DNA of 64,000 nucleotides from a bacterium (GTDB lineage Bacteria; Pseudomonadota; Alphaproteobacteria; CAJXXZ01; DAHXLG01): NCBI GenBank assembly GCA_027371775.1, contig DAHXLG010000002.1, positions 2,247 to 66,246 of the forward strand, read 5' to 3'. Shown piece by piece: positions 63,973 to 64,000 of this stretch (position 1 is its first letter; each line of letters starts with the position of its first letter). The notes under the pieces were generated by a model. It saw only the letters and a program-made list of their open reading frames with translations, ran no database searches and was not told where the DNA came from. The position numbers and the translations under genes were made by a program.

Positions 63973-64000
63973 TATTAATTTTTTCAAATTTTTCGTGTGT

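Noticed and set aside
57000-64000. Noticeably lower GC (about 20-30% in spot counts) than in ileS/hppA/gyrB, as evidence for a horizontally acquired island carrying pilB/pilC
   Set aside because: Spacers and other poorly conserved genes throughout the window have similarly low GC. The higher GC of conserved housekeeping genes is explained by amino-acid constraints. There are no integrase, tRNA boundary or flanking repeats.

Overview
This is an AT-rich bacterial chromosome segment, roughly one-third GC by eye. Coding density is low: about a quarter of the window is ORF-poor spacer.

The housekeeping backbone is: rpoB (partial, minus strand, runs off the left edge), murG, a short INS-less proS, infA, mutS, ileS-dapE, an M23 peptidase, dapF, an alpha/beta hydrolase, a SpoU/TrmH methyltransferase, an ABC exporter, alaS, a degenerate SuhB-like protein, a ProP-type MFS transporter, a K+-independent H+-pyrophosphatase, gyrB, thyX, a LysR regulator plus PduO-type adenosyltransferase, a PilB/PilC-like pair and a YfgM/BamB-like pair. 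There are four tRNAs (Val-UAC, Lys-UUU, Arg-UCU, Ser-UGA) and an orphan RcGTA-type large terminase.

The gene content suggests an obligately intracellular alphaproteobacterium of the Rickettsiales/Holosporales type. The species cannot be determined from the sequence alone.

Most interesting observations:
1. Gene 3' termini are systematically duplicated in tandem into the downstream spacers, at 10 or more loci on both strands. One case is a tRNA; another is a 100-bp x3.7 array at dapF.
2. At least six signal-peptide proteins share a conserved post-signal leader module (YG[IM]..D...Y[FY]GxEQ....QxLL) in front of unrelated, repeat-rich bodies.
3. One member of that family is a tandem bacterial-type PARG/macrodomain protein, with one degenerate and one intact active site, translationally coupled to alaS.
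4. Another member carries duplicated KKKRK NLS-like motifs.
5. The pilB / yfgM-like intergenic region is a candidate replication origin, with a GC-skew sign change and four DnaA-box-like 9-mers.
6. A PilB-PilC-X module has no visible pilin gene and has an A8/T8 frameshift in gene X.

All similarity calls were made by eye from motifs; no database searches were possible.
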